A DNA stretch of 64,000 nt from Cystobasidiomycetes sp. EMM_F5 (taxonomy: Eukaryota), in NCBI GenBank assembly GCA_051047955.1, contig JBPGPT010000012.1, positions 1-64,000 on the forward strand, written 5' to 3'. Shown piece by piece: positions 63,202 to 64,000 of the stretch (position 1 is its first letter; the number at the start of each line of letters is the position of its first letter). The translations under genes were made by a program, and so were the position numbers. A model generated the notes under the pieces. The model saw nothing but the letters and a program-made list of their open reading frames with translations. It was not told the origin of the DNA and searched no databases.

Positions 63202-64000
63202 TCATCTATTGCTCACCTTGATGCTGTGCCACCGGAAGAGCGGAGTGACTAGGAGAGAAATGGCGATGGCTACGACCGTGGGAATGAAGGCCGCTCGAAT
63301 AGCAGTCATACTGGACGCAAGGACTGGTCCGAGCTGCTCTGGCGTGACAATGTTCCGGAATCCAGTCTCTCCGGCAGCAATAATTGAGGCCTTGTCAAGA
63401 CCAGCCACGTTCAGATTATTGATCTGCCTTTTGAATAGATTGGCGAAAATGCTCTGGCTGGCGGCTTTTTTGCGTTAAAATCAAGTATCGAAGCAGTAAT
63501 TGACGAATTGTGATGGTTGGGAAGTCGGGAAACGAAGAGAGGGAAGGGAACGTGAGAAGGAAGAGTGGAGGGTCAAAGTAATCACAGAGGGAGAGACAAC
63601 AGTCAGTAATGCCCGCTCGCTCGCAAGATTGCGCTCCACGAGCCTGTCGACTTACCCACTATGAGAGCCCCGCCGAGGGTCTGGAAGAAAATGGTGACAC
63701 TACTGCCGACTTCAGTCTCATTGGTATTCTTGCCGCATGTTTGACTGTAGATGAACGGCGCCTGGAAACAAGTACCGATGCCGAGACCGTACAAGAATGT
63801 GATGCCGACCCAGAGTGCCTGTCCGGTCGATTCCTTGAAAAGCTGGAAAAGACCAGAGCCGACGACAGCGAAGACGGTACCGACATACATGAATGGCTGA
63901 ATGTATCCGACGACCGGCATGGAACCACCGGAGACTGAATCAAAAGTTAGCATCGTCACACGGCGATCGTCGTAAATTCGCGTATACTCACTTGTGACTG
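63202..64000 (-). CDS. MFS efflux pump, DHA2/14-TMS (AflT/Sge1-like), 3' part only
   Basis: Motifs GYIQPFMYVG, LYGLGIG, FFQTLGGAL, SQSIFAN, IIAAGETGFR, LFRWHSIK. The gene continues beyond the window end. Confidence 0.85.

Noticed and set aside
60567..64000. Two adjacent MFS pumps as the edge of a secondary-metabolite cluster
   Set aside because: No backbone enzyme or cluster regulator in the window. This cannot be supported without downstream sequence.
1..64000. Transposons, tRNA/rRNA/snRNA genes, CRISPR arrays, TPP riboswitch
   Set aside because: No transposase/RT motifs, terminal repeats, repeat-spacer arrays or recognisable RNA consensus seen by eye. Small intron-containing RNAs could be missed without tRNAscan or Infernal.

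Overview
Gene-dense, intron-rich eukaryotic DNA with mostly ~50-65 nt GT-AG introns and CTRAC-like branch points. It is most consistent with a compact basidiomycete fungal genome (inferred from gene content and intron style). About 25 protein-coding genes can be assembled by hand-splicing: a partial OB-fold protein, mitochondrial GatA, glycogen debranching enzyme, a Cys-motif disordered protein, a hidden 128-aa six-Cys protein, D-2-hydroxyacid dehydrogenase, GH5 exo-glucanase, an orphan membrane protein, GT32 MIPC synthase, beta-hydroxyacid dehydrogenase, a ~1700-aa forkhead factor, Mkt1, mitoferrin, xanthine/hypoxanthine PRTase, an aspartic protease, a CE1 esterase, DASH Duo1, a Zn-ADH, Dbp6, a Kin4-type kinase, thymidylate kinase, a multi-RRM protein, Ade4, Cwf18, a bacterial-type Fe-S L-serine dehydratase and two MFS pumps. 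I saw no transposon, rRNA, tRNA or CRISPR array, and no convincing novel multi-gene system. The best leads are: the 4-exon MGxxCS six-Cys orphan missed by the ORF track; the putatively mitochondrial SdaA-type enzyme; a SHLD2-like OB fold; an MCB/SCB/forkhead motif cluster upstream of the forkhead gene; several abnormally long introns that may be regulatory; and three GC-AG introns. Family calls are from motif recognition by eye, not database searches.
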